A stretch of DNA of 64,000 nt from Candidatus Omnitrophota bacterium (GCA_016201795.1 JACQCF010000005.1:20896-84895), one strand, 5' to 3'; shown: positions 27,520-38,605, counted from the first letter of the stretch. Notes: generated by a model not told the origin, from the letters alone. A program made the numbers and translations.

Positions 27520-28159
27520 GGAGCATGGTCACTAAATCGTCACGCACGTCGATTGTCTCTTTATCCCCATCAACTCTTCTTAACTTACCCTGCGCTGCGT
27601 AATAATCAATAATCAGCTTGGTGTTTGTTTCATACACCTGCATACGCTTGCGAATTGTTTGCTCATTATCGTCGCTGCGTTGATAAAGCTCACCGCCACA
27701 AAGGTCGCACACATTGACTTTTTGAGGCGGTTTATTCTTCAAATGAAATAAAGCTCCGCATTGCCGGCAAAGGCGACGTCCGGTTAGACGCGTCAAAATC
27801 ATCTGTAAACTGGCTTCCATGTACAACGCAAAATCTAAAGGCTTACCCACCTTAACCAGGATGCGATCCAACTCCTGAGCCTGTTGTGTAGTGCGCGGGA
27901 ATCCATCGAACATATACCCTTTAGCCAGTTGAGGATCTCTGGTAATTTTTTGCTCGACGAGTTCAGTCACAATCTCATCAGGAACTAAGGCCCCTTTTTC
28001 AACCAACCCTTTGATTTTCAATCCCAGCTTCGTACCTTTTTTCATTTCCTCGCGCAGCATATCGCCGGTGGAAATGTGCACAATGCCCATCATGTCTTTA
28101 ATCAACCCTGCCAAAGAACCTTTGCCGGCGCCCGGTGGACCTAAAAGCACAATCCTCAT
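27476..28159 (-). CDS. adk: adenylate kinase (zinc-lid type)
   Basis: GPPGAGKGS P-loop. Cys4 lid (CRQCG...CDLCG). 44-nt overlap with map. Confidence 0.9.
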   Translation of the reverse strand: MRIVLLGPPGAGKGSLAGLIKDMMGIVHISTGDMLREEMKKGTKLGLKIKGLVEKGALVPDEIVTELVEQKITRDPQLAKGYMFDGFPRTTQQAQELDRILVKVGKPLDFALYMEASLQMILTRLTGRRLCRQCGALFHLKNKPPQKVNVCDLCGGELYQRSDDNEQTIRKRMQVYETNTKLIIDYYAAQGKLRRVDGDKETIDVRDDLVTMLHEDKSYQNQRPSGS

Positions 28160-29517
28160 TGATAACGACCTCGCAGATGGCCGGTTTTCATAAAGCCTTC
28201 GTAATGGTGCATCTGCAAATGAGACTCGATTTGCTTCATGGTATCAAGCATAACGCCGACGGTAATCAATACACCGGTACCGCCAAAAAATGAGGCCACC
28301 AGATAGGGCACTTTAAAAGATGCCATAATCGCATCCGGCATAACGGCAATCACGCAAATAAATCCGGCCCCGACCAATGTAATACGGGTCAACACATAAT
28401 CCAAGTAATCAGCCGTTTCTTTACCCGGACGAATACCCGGCACAAAACCGCCGTGTTTTTTCAAATTCTCGGAAACATCTACCGGATTAAACACAATCGC
28501 CGTATAAAAATAACAGAAAAAAAGAATTAAAAGAGCATAAATCGAATAATACACCGGATGTCCGCGCGAAGCCCAGCTGGCAAAATGCTGCAAAGGGCCG
28601 TTAGGAATAAAGCTGGCGATGGTGGCCGGAAACAAAATAATCGACTGCGCAAAGATGATCGCGATAATCCCCGATGTATCCACTTTCAACGGAATAAAGG
28701 TACCCTGCCCCCCGTAAGTCTGTGTACCCACGGTACGACGCGCGTATTGCACGGGAATCCGGCGCTGACCTTGCGAAATGAGTGTGACTCCTAAAATAAC
28801 TGTTATGAGAAAAAATACCATTAAAACAAGGGCCATTGGCTGAAGCTGCCCACCACCGCTGCTCGGTGACAAAAGCAATTTCAAATAATGAAACGCTGTC
28901 GGAGCTGAAGCTAAAATACCAGCGGTGATAATCAGCGATACCCCGTTGCCAACACCGCGCTCTTGAATGCGTTCACCCAACCACATCAAAAATAACGTCC
29001 CCGTAGTTAAAGTCACCATGGTCGTGAAACGAAAGCTCCAGCCAGGGTCATTGACGATCTGTAAACCACCAAAAGTTGATGGACTTTCAAGCCAAAGAGC
29101 AATAAAAAATGATTGAACGGCACCCAGAAGAACAGTACCGTAACGGGTGTACTGATTGATCTTTTTATAACCCGCCTGACCTTCTTTCTGCAATTTTTCC
29201 AAGGTCGGAACTACCGCCGTCAACAGCTGCATAATGATGGAGCTGGAGATGTATGGCATAACCCCTAGTGAAAAAATGGTCAATTTCCCCAAAGCCCCGC
29301 CGGAGAACATGTTCATGATGCTAAACACGTTACCGCCGCCGGTGGTGTTATTCATCCTTTGAAAGAACTCGTTGAGAGCCGCCCCGTTGATGCCGGGAGT
29401 CGGAATATAACAGCCGATGCGATAAACCGCGATGATACCAATCGTAAAGAGAATCTTACGGCGCAGTTCTTCAATTCTAAAACAGTTCGCAAATCCTTTG
29501 ACAAACTGTGAAATCAT
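28156..29517 (-). CDS. secY: preprotein translocase subunit SecY
   Basis: 10-TM SecY pattern. Operon position. Confidence 0.9.
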   Translation of the reverse strand: MISQFVKGFANCFRIEELRRKILFTIGIIAVYRIGCYIPTPGINGAALNEFFQRMNNTTGGGNVFSIMNMFSGGALGKLTIFSLGVMPYISSSIIMQLLTAVVPTLEKLQKEGQAGYKKINQYTRYGTVLLGAVQSFFIALWLESPSTFGGLQIVNDPGWSFRFTTMVTLTTGTLFLMWLGERIQERGVGNGVSLIITAGILASAPTAFHYLKLLLSPSSGGGQLQPMALVLMVFFLITVILGVTLISQGQRRIPVQYARRTVGTQTYGGQGTFIPLKVDTSGIIAIIFAQSIILFPATIASFIPNGPLQHFASWASRGHPVYYSIYALLILFFCYFYTAIVFNPVDVSENLKKHGGFVPGIRPGKETADYLDYVLTRITLVGAGFICVIAVMPDAIMASFKVPYLVASFFGGTGVLITVGVMLDTMKQIESHLQMHHYEGFMKTGHLRGRYQ

Positions 29518-29963
29518 TCGTTTCCGATCAGCTGTACTTTGCCGCCGGCTTTGGTGATCGATTCCGAGGCTGTTTTCGAAAAACGATGAGCAACCACCGT
29601 CAGTTTCTTACTTACGGAGCCATCACTTAAAATTTTTACCGGACGACGAAGCGTCTTAATCAAGTTCTGATTTTTAAGCAACTCTGGATTGACGGTGGTA
29701 CCGTCCTTAAAACGATTGAGCGCCTCTATATTGACAATTTGATATTCCGTCGGCCATTTACTGTTAAAGCCAACCTTGGGCAGACGGCGCAACAAGCGCA
29801 TTTGTCCGCCTTCATAAGCCATCATTACGCCACGGCCAGCACGAGAATTTTGACCCGTTTGCCCTCTACCAGAGCGTTTGCCATGGCCGGAACCGCGGCC
29901 ACGACCAACAATTTTTTTGCGTTTACGAAAACCCAACGGTGATCTAATCTGATGCCACTGCAT
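29514..29963 (-). CDS. rplO: 50S ribosomal protein L15
   Basis: Sequence and position. Confidence 0.9.
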   Translation of the reverse strand: MQWHQIRSPLGFRKRKKIVGRGRGSGHGKRSGRGQTGQNSRAGRGVMMAYEGGQMRLLRRLPKVGFNSKWPTEYQIVNIEALNRFKDGTTVNPELLKNQNLIKTLRRPVKILSDGSVSKKLTVVAHRFSKTASESITKAGGKVQLIGNE

Positions 29964-29972
29964 AGTAATTCC

Positions 29973-30632
29973 TTAATTTTCCGTAATAACTTTGATAACT
30001 TTTAATCGTGATAAACCTTCGAAAGTAGCTTTGACTACGTTGATCGGATTATTGGAACGATGGCATTTGGTTAAAATGTTAGAAATACCTGCCCCGTCGC
30101 AAACCGCCCGCACGGCACCGGCAGCAATAACACCAGTACCTTCGGAAGCGGGTTTTAAAAGAACGCTGGCAGAACCGTATTTGCCCAGAATTTCATGAGT
30201 AATAGTTGTTCCCCGACGGGGAATAAAAATCATACTTTTACGTGCGGCATTAAGGCCTTTTTTAATAGCAGTGGCTACTTCACCGGCCTTGCCTAAACCA
30301 TAACCAACTTTGCCCTTAGTATCCCCGACCACTACTAATGCTGAAAACGCCAGACGAGTACCGCCTTTGGTTGTTTTAGAGACGCGATTGATGGAAACCA
30401 CTTTTTCCACCAGGCCGCTGTCGGTTAAGGAAGATCTTTTAGGTGGACCTCTTCGCTCCCGATCAGAGCCGCGACGGCGACCTTTGGTCGGTGTTGTCGG
30501 CTGAACTTCTGCAGGAGCGGGAGTTGCTTCTTCCGTAGAATGCTTTAACGCTTCTTCCTGCTCAAGGATTTGTTCGGCTTGAGCAACGTTTTTAACAACT
30601 TGTTCTTCTTCGTTTTTCTTATTATCTTTCAT
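29973..30632 (-). CDS. rpsE: 30S ribosomal protein S5 with approximately 60-aa acidic N-terminal extension
   Basis: S5 dsRBD and C-terminal domains. Confidence 0.9.
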   Translation of the reverse strand: MKDNKKNEEEQVVKNVAQAEQILEQEEALKHSTEEATPAPAEVQPTTPTKGRRRGSDRERRGPPKRSSLTDSGLVEKVVSINRVSKTTKGGTRLAFSALVVVGDTKGKVGYGLGKAGEVATAIKKGLNAARKSMIFIPRRGTTITHEILGKYGSASVLLKPASEGTGVIAAGAVRAVCDGAGISNILTKCHRSNNPINVVKATFEGLSRLKVIKVITEN

Positions 30633-30635
30633 ACC

Positions 30636-30998
30636 TTAAAACTCCAGTCCCGCTTTACGTGCAGCTTCGGCAAAAGCTTTAACACGGCCGTGATACAAAT
30701 ATCCGCCGCGGTCAAAACAGACTTGTTTGATGCCTTGTTTGACAGCCTGTACTGCTAGGGCTTTCCCTAAAACCTCAGCTGCATTGAGGTTACCGCCGGA
30801 TTTAATTTTGGAACGGATATCTTTGGCCAAGGTGGATTTACCAAATAAAATTTTGCCGCAGGTATCATCAATGATCTGCGCCTGCAGATTCTTTAAACTT
30901 TTATGCACACACAAGCGCGGGCGCAAAGAAGTTCCGACGACACGTTTGCGCAGACGCTGATGACGAAAAATTCTTCGTTGTTCTTTGATGTTTAACAT
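30636..30998 (-). CDS. rplR: 50S ribosomal protein L18
   Basis: Sequence and position. Confidence 0.9.
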   Translation of the reverse strand: MLNIKEQRRIFRHQRLRKRVVGTSLRPRLCVHKSLKNLQAQIIDDTCGKILFGKSTLAKDIRSKIKSGGNLNAAEVLGKALAVQAVKQGIKQVCFDRGGYLYHGRVKAFAEAARKAGLEF

Positions 30999-31000
30999 AT

Positions 31001-31540
31001 TTATTTAGTTACCTGTTTACCCTGTTTGCGTCTGACCACTTCAGCGACGTAACGAATGCCTTTGCCCTTATATGGTTCCGGCGGTTTAAACTCGCGGATT
31101 TTAGCCGCCACCAGACCCACCAAAGCTTTATCAACGCCCTCCACTGAAATTTCCGTCGGTTTGGCGGCGGTCACTTTCACTTCTTTGGGGAACTGATATT
31201 CCACGGGGTGAGAAAAACCCAAATTGATCACCAATTTTTGTCCCTGCACCGCGGCACGAAAACCCACCCCTTGAATTTCCAAATCTCTTCTATGTCCGGT
31301 GGTAACCCCCGTACACATATTCATAATCAAACGTTTGGCTGTTCCATGATTGGATTTACATTGTTTGGTATCATCCAAACGATTGACAAAAATCTGATCG
31401 TCTTTTTGTTCAAGCTTGATACCCATCGGCAAATTCATAGACAGCTTACCCTTAGGGCCTTCCACGTTAACCCCGGCGGCATCAAAGGCAATCTTCACAT
31501 TTTTAGGAACAATCACTGGAGTTTTAGCAATTCTGGACAT
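31001..31540 (-). CDS. rplF: 50S ribosomal protein L6
   Basis: Sequence and position. Confidence 0.9.
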   Translation of the reverse strand: MSRIAKTPVIVPKNVKIAFDAAGVNVEGPKGKLSMNLPMGIKLEQKDDQIFVNRLDDTKQCKSNHGTAKRLIMNMCTGVTTGHRRDLEIQGVGFRAAVQGQKLVINLGFSHPVEYQFPKEVKVTAAKPTEISVEGVDKALVGLVAAKIREFKPPEPYKGKGIRYVAEVVRRKQGKQVTK

Positions 31541-31573
31541 TCAGCCATCCTTATTTAATTGACTGCGAAACCA

Positions 31574-31969
31574 TTACCAAATCGAACAGATAACTTCCCC
31601 GCCGATTTTCAATTTTCTGGCCTCGCGGTCGCTGATCACCCCTTTAGAGGTTGACAATACCGCGGTGCCAAGGCCGTTAAGGATACGGGGAATACGAAAA
31701 TTATCCGCATAAACTCTTAAACCCGGGCGAGAAATGCGTTTTAGCCCCATGATCGCAGGTTTATTATTTTCATACTTCAAATAAACTTTGAGCACACCCT
31801 GTTTATCATCTTTTAAAAGACGATAATCTTCAACATAGCCGTCATTTTTGAAAATACTAAGCACACGCTCGAGTAATTTGGAAGCTGGAAACTCCACGGT
31901 TTCCTTGTGCGCATGCAAGGCGTTGCGAACAACTGTTAATGTATCAGCAATAGGATCAGATACGGACAT
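31574..31969 (-). CDS. rpsH: 30S ribosomal protein S8
   Basis: Sequence and position. Confidence 0.9.
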   Translation of the reverse strand: MSVSDPIADTLTVVRNALHAHKETVEFPASKLLERVLSIFKNDGYVEDYRLLKDDKQGVLKVYLKYENNKPAIMGLKRISRPGLRVYADNFRIPRILNGLGTAVLSTSKGVISDREARKLKIGGEVICSIW

Positions 31970-32155
31970 CTACCAGCTCGCTTTCTTAACCCCTGGAATT
32001 TCACCCTTCCAGGCAAGTTCTCTAAAACAGATACGGCAAACTCCGAAACGGCGCAAATAACCGCGGGGGCGTCCACACAGCCCACAGCGATTATGCTGAC
32101 GGACCGAAAATTTTGGTTCTTCTAACGCTTTATTGACTAATGCTTTTTTGGCCAT
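31970..32155 (-). CDS. rpsN: 30S ribosomal protein S14 type Z (zinc-binding, 61 aa)
   Basis: [20 protein letters not shown] motif. Confidence 0.9.
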   Translation of the reverse strand: MAKKALVNKALEEPKFSVRQHNRCGLCGRPRGYLRRFGVCRICFRELAWKGEIPGVKKASW

Positions 32156-32167
32156 AAATTTTCCTTA

Positions 32168-32716
32168 TTAATTCTTCGCAAACGGCATACCTAACAGCCG
32201 CAACAGCTCAAAATTCAGATCTTTATTACCGCCTTTAAAAACAAAAGTGATATCCATCCCCTGCATGCGATGATCGCGTGCGCCCGCGTCAATTTCCGGA
32301 AAAATCGACTGATCCGAAATACCTAACGTATAATTGCCCTGACGATCAAAACCTTTACGAGAGCTGCCATTAAAGTCGCGGATACGCGGCAAGGATACAT
32401 TCACCAGGCGGTCGACGAATTCATACATGCGCGCACGGCGAAGCGTCACTTTACAACCCACCGGCAAATTCTCGCGTAGTTTAAAATTCGAAATGGCTTT
32501 TTTGGCCCGGCGAATCAGCGGCTTCTGACCGGTGATGATGGCCAAGTCCTGCGCGGCGCGGTCTAAAATCTTCACGTCGCTGATGGCCTCACCCACCCCC
32601 ATATTGACGACCACTTTGTCCAAATACGGTACCGCCATCGGATTTTTAATATCGAATTGCTGCTGCATTTGGGCGATGACTTCCTTGCGATACTTATCTA
32701 ATAAACGAACGGCCAC
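32168..32716 (-). CDS. rplE: 50S ribosomal protein L5
   Basis: Sequence and position. Confidence 0.9.
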   Translation of the reverse strand: MAVRLLDKYRKEVIAQMQQQFDIKNPMAVPYLDKVVVNMGVGEAISDVKILDRAAQDLAIITGQKPLIRRAKKAISNFKLRENLPVGCKVTLRRARMYEFVDRLVNVSLPRIRDFNGSSRKGFDRQGNYTLGISDQSIFPEIDAGARDHRMQGMDITFVFKGGNKDLNFELLRLLGMPFAKN

Positions 32717-32730
32717 TGTCTTAACCTCTC

Positions 32731-33042
32731 TTAGATCGTTTCACCATTTTTTTTAGAGATACGTACTTTCGCGCCATCTTTTAAAACCTTGATCTGAAAG
32801 CGGGTGGGCTTATTGTCTTTCTTATCCAAAAGCATTAAATTCGCCAAGGCCATGGGTTTTTCTTTCTCTACAAAGCCACCCTGCGGAAACGTATCGCTTT
32901 TTTTCACGGCACGTTTGACCACATTCAAATTTTCTACGATGGCGGCATTTTCCTGCGGAAATATACGAACCACTTTACCAGTTTTCCCTTTTTCTTTACC
33001 GACCATCACCATGACCTGATCATCTCTTTTAATACGAAGCAT
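32731..33042 (-). CDS. rplX: 50S ribosomal protein L24
   Basis: Sequence and position. Confidence 0.9.
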   Translation of the reverse strand: MLRIKRDDQVMVMVGKEKGKTGKVVRIFPQENAAIVENLNVVKRAVKKSDTFPQGGFVEKEKPMALANLMLLDKKDNKPTRFQIKVLKDGAKVRISKKNGETI

Positions 33043-33114
33043 ATTAATTCCTTTATATTACCCTTCGACAAGCTCAGGGTGGTCCGCTCAATTAATGGCG
33101 AGCCTGTCGAACCA

Positions 33115-33483
33115 TTAAACAACCTCGGGAGCTAAAGAAATAATTTTCATATATTCCATATTACGAAGCTCACGTGCCACGGGACCGAAAACGCGAGTCC
33201 CTCTAGGATTTCCCGCATCATCGATAATAACCACCGCGTTGGTATCAAAACGCACATAAGTTCCATCCGGACGACGAATGGCTTCTTTGGTACGCACGAT
33301 AATTCCTTTGGCCATGGAACCTTTTTTAACGGCCGCATCCGGTGTGCTTTCCTTGATGTTAACTTGGACGATATCACCCACCTGCGCCCAGAGCTTACCC
33401 TTACTTTTTAAAACACCGATCACGGAAGCTTTTCGAGCCCCGGTATTATCAGCCACGTCTAAAATGGTTTTCATTTGAATCAT
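33115..33483 (-). CDS. rplN: 50S ribosomal protein L14
   Basis: MIQMKTILDVADNTGARK... Start set at internal Met to match L14 N-terminus. Confidence 0.9.
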   Translation of the reverse strand: MIQMKTILDVADNTGARKASVIGVLKSKGKLWAQVGDIVQVNIKESTPDAAVKKGSMAKGIIVRTKEAIRRPDGTYVRFDTNAVVIIDDAGNPRGTRVFGPVARELRNMEYMKIISLAPEVV

Positions 33484-33499
33484 GATGCCGATCCTTACC

Positions 33500-33760
33500 T
33501 TAAGCCTGGGAACCAATCACTTCCTGAATGATCCAACGTTTATCTTTGGATAAAGGACGGGTTTCCATGATGCGTACCACATCCCCGGTCTTGGCCGCGT
33601 TTTTCTCATCATGTGCTTTGTATCTGACGAAACGGCGTACCGGTTTTTCGTACTTAGCGTGTTTGGTCACTTTCTGAATTTGAACAACACGCGTCTTATC
33701 CATTTTGTCGCTGACAACGGTGGCTGTCAAAAAACGACGGCGATTAATTCTTTTGTCCAT
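33500..33760 (-). CDS. rpsQ: 30S ribosomal protein S17
   Basis: Sequence and position. Confidence 0.9.
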   Translation of the reverse strand: MDKRINRRRFLTATVVSDKMDKTRVVQIQKVTKHAKYEKPVRRFVRYKAHDEKNAAKTGDVVRIMETRPLSKDKRWIIQEVIGSQA

Positions 33761-33953
33761 TGTTCTTTCTTTGGCTTAAGACCGTTAAAATACGTGCAAT
33801 ATCTTTTTTAATATGACGAAAATTGGCCGGTTTCTCCACCCGGCCCAGCTGACGCTGGCCATTGAGATCAAAGAGGTCTTTTTTCAGCTGTTTTTCTTTG
33901 TTAGCCAATTCGTCGTCGGTAAATTCTCTTAAATCTTTGACTTTCATCATCAA
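33744..33953 (-). CDS. rpmC: 50S ribosomal protein L29
   Basis: Sequence and position. Confidence 0.85.
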   Translation of the reverse strand: MMMKVKDLREFTDDELANKEKQLKKDLFDLNGQRQLGRVEKPANFRHIKKDIARILTVLSQRKNNGQKN

Positions 33954-34366
33954 TGCTCCCCGCGGGTGACAAATCTTGTCTTCACCGATAGCTTAAACGC
34001 CACCAAACGTAAAATTTGTTTAGCGAAATCTTCCGGGACGCCCCCCAATTCAAAGACGACCTTGCCGCGCTTGACCACCGCCACCCAATGATCCAAATCG
34101 CCTTTGCCTTTGCCCATACGGGTTTCCGCCGGCTTTTTGGTAATGGATTTATGCGGAAACGCGTTGATCCAAAGTTTGCCGGAACCGTGCAATTTGCGGG
34201 CCACCACCACACGGGAAGCTTCCAATTGGCGCGCCGGGATAAAACCATTCTCCAAAGCTTTCAAACCGTATTCCCCAAAATGCATTTGACTACCGACAGT
34301 GGCAATGCCACGCGACTTTCCTTTTTGGGTTTTACGATACTTGACTCTTTTAGGCATTAACAACAT
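33950..34366 (-). CDS. rplP: 50S ribosomal protein L16
   Basis: Sequence and position. Confidence 0.9.
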   Translation of the reverse strand: MLLMPKRVKYRKTQKGKSRGIATVGSQMHFGEYGLKALENGFIPARQLEASRVVVARKLHGSGKLWINAFPHKSITKKPAETRMGKGKGDLDHWVAVVKRGKVVFELGGVPEDFAKQILRLVAFKLSVKTRFVTRGEH

Positions 34367-34387
34367 ACAATCAAATCTCCTCTATCA

Positions 34388-35113
34388 TTAAGCTTGGACT
34401 TCTTTAGCCTGAGCCTCCGGTGGGGGGGCTGGTGTTTGAGGTTGCGCCTGGGCTTGTACGGCTAAAGCTTCAATCTCTTGCTGATCTTTGATCACATCCC
34501 CTTTATAAACCCATACCTTAACGCCCAAAAGACCATAGGTCGTCAGTGCTTCGGCAAAACCATAATCAATGTCTGCGCGCATGGTCTGCAAAGGAATTTT
34601 ACCTTCATAATATTTCTCGGTACGCGCCATTTCCGCCCCGCCTAAACGACCGGAGCAACGGATTTTGATACCTTTAGCACCGGCGGCACGGGCTTGTTCC
34701 ATGGCGCGCTTCATCGCCCGGCGAAACGCCACGCGTTTTTCTAATTGAAACGCAATATTTTGGGCGATCAATTGGGCTTCAATGGACGGATTCTTAATTT
34801 CCTGAATATCCACCTGAATTTCTTTCTTGGCAATCTCTCCTAAATCCGCGCGCAGGCGATCAATGTCAGCTCCACGCCGGCCAATGATCACTCCCGGGCG
34901 AGCGGAATGAATACGAATTTTGATCTGCTCGGCCAAACGTTCAATGACAATTAACGAAACAGCGGCTTGCTTAAATTGCTTATTAATATATTTATGAATC
35001 TTAAAGTCCTCTTGAATGTTCTTGGCGAATTCACGACGCTCAGCGAACCAAAGGCTGCGCCAATTTTTCGTATAACCAAGTCTTAATACTAACGGATGAA
35101 CTTTTTGTCCCAC
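34388..35113 (-). CDS. rpsC: 30S ribosomal protein S3
   Basis: KH domain. Position. Ala/Pro/Gln-rich C-terminal tail. Confidence 0.9.
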   Translation of the reverse strand: MGQKVHPLVLRLGYTKNWRSLWFAERREFAKNIQEDFKIHKYINKQFKQAAVSLIVIERLAEQIKIRIHSARPGVIIGRRGADIDRLRADLGEIAKKEIQVDIQEIKNPSIEAQLIAQNIAFQLEKRVAFRRAMKRAMEQARAAGAKGIKIRCSGRLGGAEMARTEKYYEGKIPLQTMRADIDYGFAEALTTYGLLGVKVWVYKGDVIKDQQEIEALAVQAQAQPQTPAPPPEAQAKEVQA

Positions 35114-35131
35114 TCTGTAATCTCCCTTAGA

Positions 35132-35467
35132 TTATTTGGTTTTAAGATCCAATTCCACGGTTAAATGCGTTGTCCGACGCAAAATCGGTGTGGCCCGTCC
35201 GAAAGAAGCTGCCCGATAACGTTTCCAGGAACCACCATGATTAGCACTGATGCGTGAGATCAACAATTGCTCTTCTGTCACTCCCTTTTGTTTGGCATTA
35301 CTGACGGCGGAATCCAAAACTTTTTTGACAAAAGTACTGGAACCTTTATGGATCTGCGCCAAAAGAGCCTGCGATGTCGGCACATCTTTGCCGCGGATGG
35401 CATCAATGACCTGGCGAACCTTCATAGATGATACTCTTAAAAATTTTCCTTGGGCTGATGCGATCAT
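35132..35467 (-). CDS. rplV: 50S ribosomal protein L22
   Basis: Sequence and position. Confidence 0.9.
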   Translation of the reverse strand: MIASAQGKFLRVSSMKVRQVIDAIRGKDVPTSQALLAQIHKGSSTFVKKVLDSAVSNAKQKGVTEEQLLISRISANHGGSWKRYRAASFGRATPILRRTTHLTVELDLKTK

Positions 35468-35477
35468 TTCTTATTCC

Positions 35478-35765
35478 TTATTTCTTCTGCATGGCTTTCT
35501 TGGCCTTGACGCCACCATGCGCTTTAAAGGTACGGGTCACCACAAAATCTCCCAATTTCATACCGACCATGTTTTCCGTCACAAAAATAGGAATATGTTT
35601 ACGTCCGTCATGCACGGCAAAAGTATATCCCACAAAATCAGGGACAATCGTCGAACGGCGGGACCAGGTTTTAATCGGCTGACGCTGGCCGCTGGCAATC
35701 GTCTTGTCAAAACGACGTCTTAAAGATTCTTCCACGTAAGCGCCTTTTTTAATCGAACGAGACAT
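35478..35765 (-). CDS. rpsS: 30S ribosomal protein S19
   Basis: Sequence and position. Confidence 0.9.
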   Translation of the reverse strand: MSRSIKKGAYVEESLRRRFDKTIASGQRQPIKTWSRRSTIVPDFVGYTFAVHDGRKHIPIFVTENMVGMKLGDFVVTRTFKAHGGVKAKKAMQKK

Positions 35766-35768
35766 AGA

Positions 35769-36608
35769 TTATTTGGCCCTTCTTCTGACGATCAAATGAT
35801 CGGAATATTTATGCGGACGGCGAGTCTTATAACCCTTCGTTGGTTTACCCCAAGGCGTCACCGGATGCGGATTACCCTGAGGGGCTTTGCCTTCCCCGCC
35901 ACCGTGCGGATGATCCACAGGGTTCATCACCACCCCGCGGGATTGTCCGCGGCGTCCCAACCAGCGGCTGCGTCCGGCTTTGCCGATGGAAATGGTTTCA
36001 TTTTCTACATTGCTTAATTGACCAATCGTGGCCCGGCATTGCACCGAAATTTTGCGCACTTCACTGGAGGGAAGACGCACATGAGCAAACATACCTTCAC
36101 GCGCGATCAATTGCGCGGTGGCCCCCGCCGAGCGGACAATTTGACCGCCTTTACCAGCTTCAATTTCAATATTATGAATCCCCATACCTAAAGGAATTTT
36201 AGACAATGGCAGGCAATTGCCTGCTTTAATTTCCACCTCCGCACTGTTGGTGCTGATAACGGTATCGCCTGCTTTTAAATCTAACGGCGCCAAAATATAA
36301 GACTTGCTTTTATCGCTTTGGTATTGAATCAGTGCAATACGGGCAGTACGGTTAGGATCGTATTCAATGGCTAAAACCGTCGCTGGATCATCAATACGGC
36401 TGCGTTTGAAATCAATCAAACGATACCTGCGCTTATGGCCACCGCCGCGATGACGCGAGGTGATACGGCCATAGGAATTACGGCCACCCGAACTTTTCAA
36501 AGGACGCATCAAGGACTTCTCAGGTTTACCTTTGGTGATTTCCACAAAATCCGAAATCGCCGCGTGGCGAAGGCCGTTAGTAGTAGGCTTAAAACGACGA
36601 ATACCCAT
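35769..36608 (-). CDS. rplB: 50S ribosomal protein L2
   Basis: [15 protein letters not shown]... Start at internal Met (36606-36608) adjacent to rplW stop. Confidence 0.9.
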   Translation of the reverse strand: MGIRRFKPTTNGLRHAAISDFVEITKGKPEKSLMRPLKSSGGRNSYGRITSRHRGGGHKRRYRLIDFKRSRIDDPATVLAIEYDPNRTARIALIQYQSDKSKSYILAPLDLKAGDTVISTNSAEVEIKAGNCLPLSKIPLGMGIHNIEIEAGKGGQIVRSAGATAQLIAREGMFAHVRLPSSEVRKISVQCRATIGQLSNVENETISIGKAGRSRWLGRRGQSRGVVMNPVDHPHGGGEGKAPQGNPHPVTPWGKPTKGYKTRRPHKYSDHLIVRRRAK

Positions 36609-36610
36609 GA

Positions 36611-36889
36611 TTAGGCTACCCCAATTTTCTGTCCCTCGCACAGAGAGACAATCGCTTTTTTCCAGGAAGAACTGTAACCGGCTTTGAAACGCACCCGCTT
36701 TAATTTCCCGGGAACATGCATGGTATTAACATCCTGGACTTTGACTTTATAAATTTCCTGCACCGCGCGCTTAATATCAATCTTGGTAGCCGCGGGGGCC
36801 ACCCGAAAAGAATATTGGCGCTGCTTTTGCTGGGACGCGCCTTTTTCAGTACTCACTAAACTTTTGATGATATCATAAGAGGTAATCAT
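36611..36889 (-). CDS. rplW: 50S ribosomal protein L23
   Basis: Sequence and position. Confidence 0.9.
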   Translation of the reverse strand: MITSYDIIKSLVSTEKGASQQKQRQYSFRVAPAATKIDIKRAVQEIYKVKVQDVNTMHVPGKLKRVRFKAGYSSSWKKAIVSLCEGQKIGVA

Positions 36890-37512
36890 TATTGAATTCT
36901 CTTGAGTAATGTTTCTAAGGCTGTTTGGGTGACTAATAAATTTTTATTGCTCAAAATATCACGCGCGTTGACGTCGCTGGCGCGGTTTAACGTCAAACGG
37001 ACAATATTACGCGAAGCCAAAAATGTCTTTGCATCGCTGCCGTCGAGCAACGCCAGCACGCGGCCGTTAATTTTTAAATTCTCTAAAATCTTGGCAAAAT
37101 CCTTGGTTTTACCGGAGACCACTTCCACTTTATCCACACAGACAAGTTCATTGTCTAAAAATTTCGCGTTTAAAGATTCCCTTAAAGCGGCCACACGCAC
37201 TTTTTTAGGAACTTGCATGGAGAAGTCACGCGGCTTGGGCCCAAAGGTAATACCGCCTTTTTTCCAGAGCGGAGAACGCGTCGACCCCGCTCGGGCGCGG
37301 CCTGTTCCCTTTTGACGCCAGGGTTTTTTACCGCCGCCGGAAACTAAAGAACGATCTTTGGTGGCAGCAGTCCCCTGACGGCTATTGGCATGATACATCA
37401 CGACTGCCTGGTGCATCACCGCCGCATGGACATGCACCCCAAATTGCTCCTTGGGAAGCTCAATGCTTTTGGCTTTCTTACCTTGACTATTAAGGACAGT
37501 TAATTCTGACAT
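36889..37512 (-). CDS. rplD: 50S ribosomal protein L4
   Basis: Sequence and position. Confidence 0.9.
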   Translation of the reverse strand: MSELTVLNSQGKKAKSIELPKEQFGVHVHAAVMHQAVVMYHANSRQGTAATKDRSLVSGGGKKPWRQKGTGRARAGSTRSPLWKKGGITFGPKPRDFSMQVPKKVRVAALRESLNAKFLDNELVCVDKVEVVSGKTKDFAKILENLKINGRVLALLDGSDAKTFLASRNIVRLTLNRASDVNARDILSNKNLLVTQTALETLLKRIQ

Positions 37513-37530
37513 ACTAAAAATCCTTTACAC

Positions 37531-38223
37531 TTATTTTTTCCCTACGGCCTTCGCCTTGCTCTGTTTCATGGGGTTACGTTTAATCGCCACCACTTCTTTC
37601 TTCTCATCGAGCGAACAATAAGCCTTTTTTCTAGATTTATTGATGACTAAAAATCCGTTCTTAGCCCCGGGTACACAGCCTTTGACTAAAATCAAATTCT
37701 GACCCGCCTCCACCCGCATAACGCGTAAACCTTGCACCGTTACGGTATCCATACCCATATGGCCGGGCATGTGCGCCCCTTTATAAACACGGGAAGGATC
37801 AGAGCTCGCACCGATGGAACCAACGCGCCTATGATGCATGGAGCCGTGCGCCGCCGGACCGCCACTCCAATTCCAGCGCACCATACCACCCTGGAAGCCT
37901 TTACCGATGGAGGCACCGGTGACATCCACGAAATCACCGGGCTTTAAAAAATCGGCCTTAATTTCCTGGCCGATTTTATAGTCTTTATTGTCGCTGCTGG
38001 TGAATTCACGAATACGTTTCAAGGGTGCCACAGCGATTTTCTTAAAAAATCCAGCCACCGGTTTATTCAAACGATTTTCTTTCACCGATTGATAACCCAG
38101 AACCACCTTGGTCGGATTTTCTTTTAATCCCAACACGGTGCAAGGGCCCGCTTCGAGGACCGTGACAGGAATAATATTTCCTTCATTATCAAAAATTTGG
38201 GTCATGCCCACTTTTTTGCCCAT
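37531..38223 (-). CDS. rplC: 50S ribosomal protein L3
   Basis: MGKKVGMTQIFDNEGN... Start at internal Met (38221-38223). Confidence 0.9.
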   Translation of the reverse strand: MGKKVGMTQIFDNEGNIIPVTVLEAGPCTVLGLKENPTKVVLGYQSVKENRLNKPVAGFFKKIAVAPLKRIREFTSSDNKDYKIGQEIKADFLKPGDFVDVTGASIGKGFQGGMVRWNWSGGPAAHGSMHHRRVGSIGASSDPSRVYKGAHMPGHMGMDTVTVQGLRVMRVEAGQNLILVKGCVPGAKNGFLVINKSRKKAYCSLDEKKEVVAIKRNPMKQSKAKAVGKK

Positions 38224-38302
38224 TAAACCTCTAATCACGATGAGCTCCTTAATCCTTCGGTTACACTCAGGATTAACCCTGAGCGAAAGTCGAAGGGTTA
38301 AA

Positions 38303-38605
38303 TTACTGTTTAATCTCCACATCCACCCCGGCAGGCAAATTCAACTTACGCAGAGCTTCCACCGTTTTGGATGTCGGATTAACTAAATCAATCAAGCGTT
38401 TGTGCGTGGCCAACTGAAACTGTTCCCGGCTCTTTTTGTCAATGACCGGCGAACGAAGAACAGTGTAAAGTTCTTTTTTCGTCGGCAATGGCACCGGTCC
38501 TAAGACCTGGGCGCCGGTACGGATGGCCGTATCCACGATTTCCTGGGTTGATTGGTCAATCAACCGATGATCAAACGCCTTAAGTTTTATACGTATTTTT
38601 TGCAT
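38303..38605 (-). CDS. rpsJ: 30S ribosomal protein S10
   Basis: [19 protein letters not shown]... Start at internal Met (38603-38605). Confidence 0.9.
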   Translation of the reverse strand: MQKIRIKLKAFDHRLIDQSTQEIVDTAIRTGAQVLGPVPLPTKKELYTVLRSPVIDKKSREQFQLATHKRLIDLVNPTSKTVEALRKLNLPAGVDVEIKQ

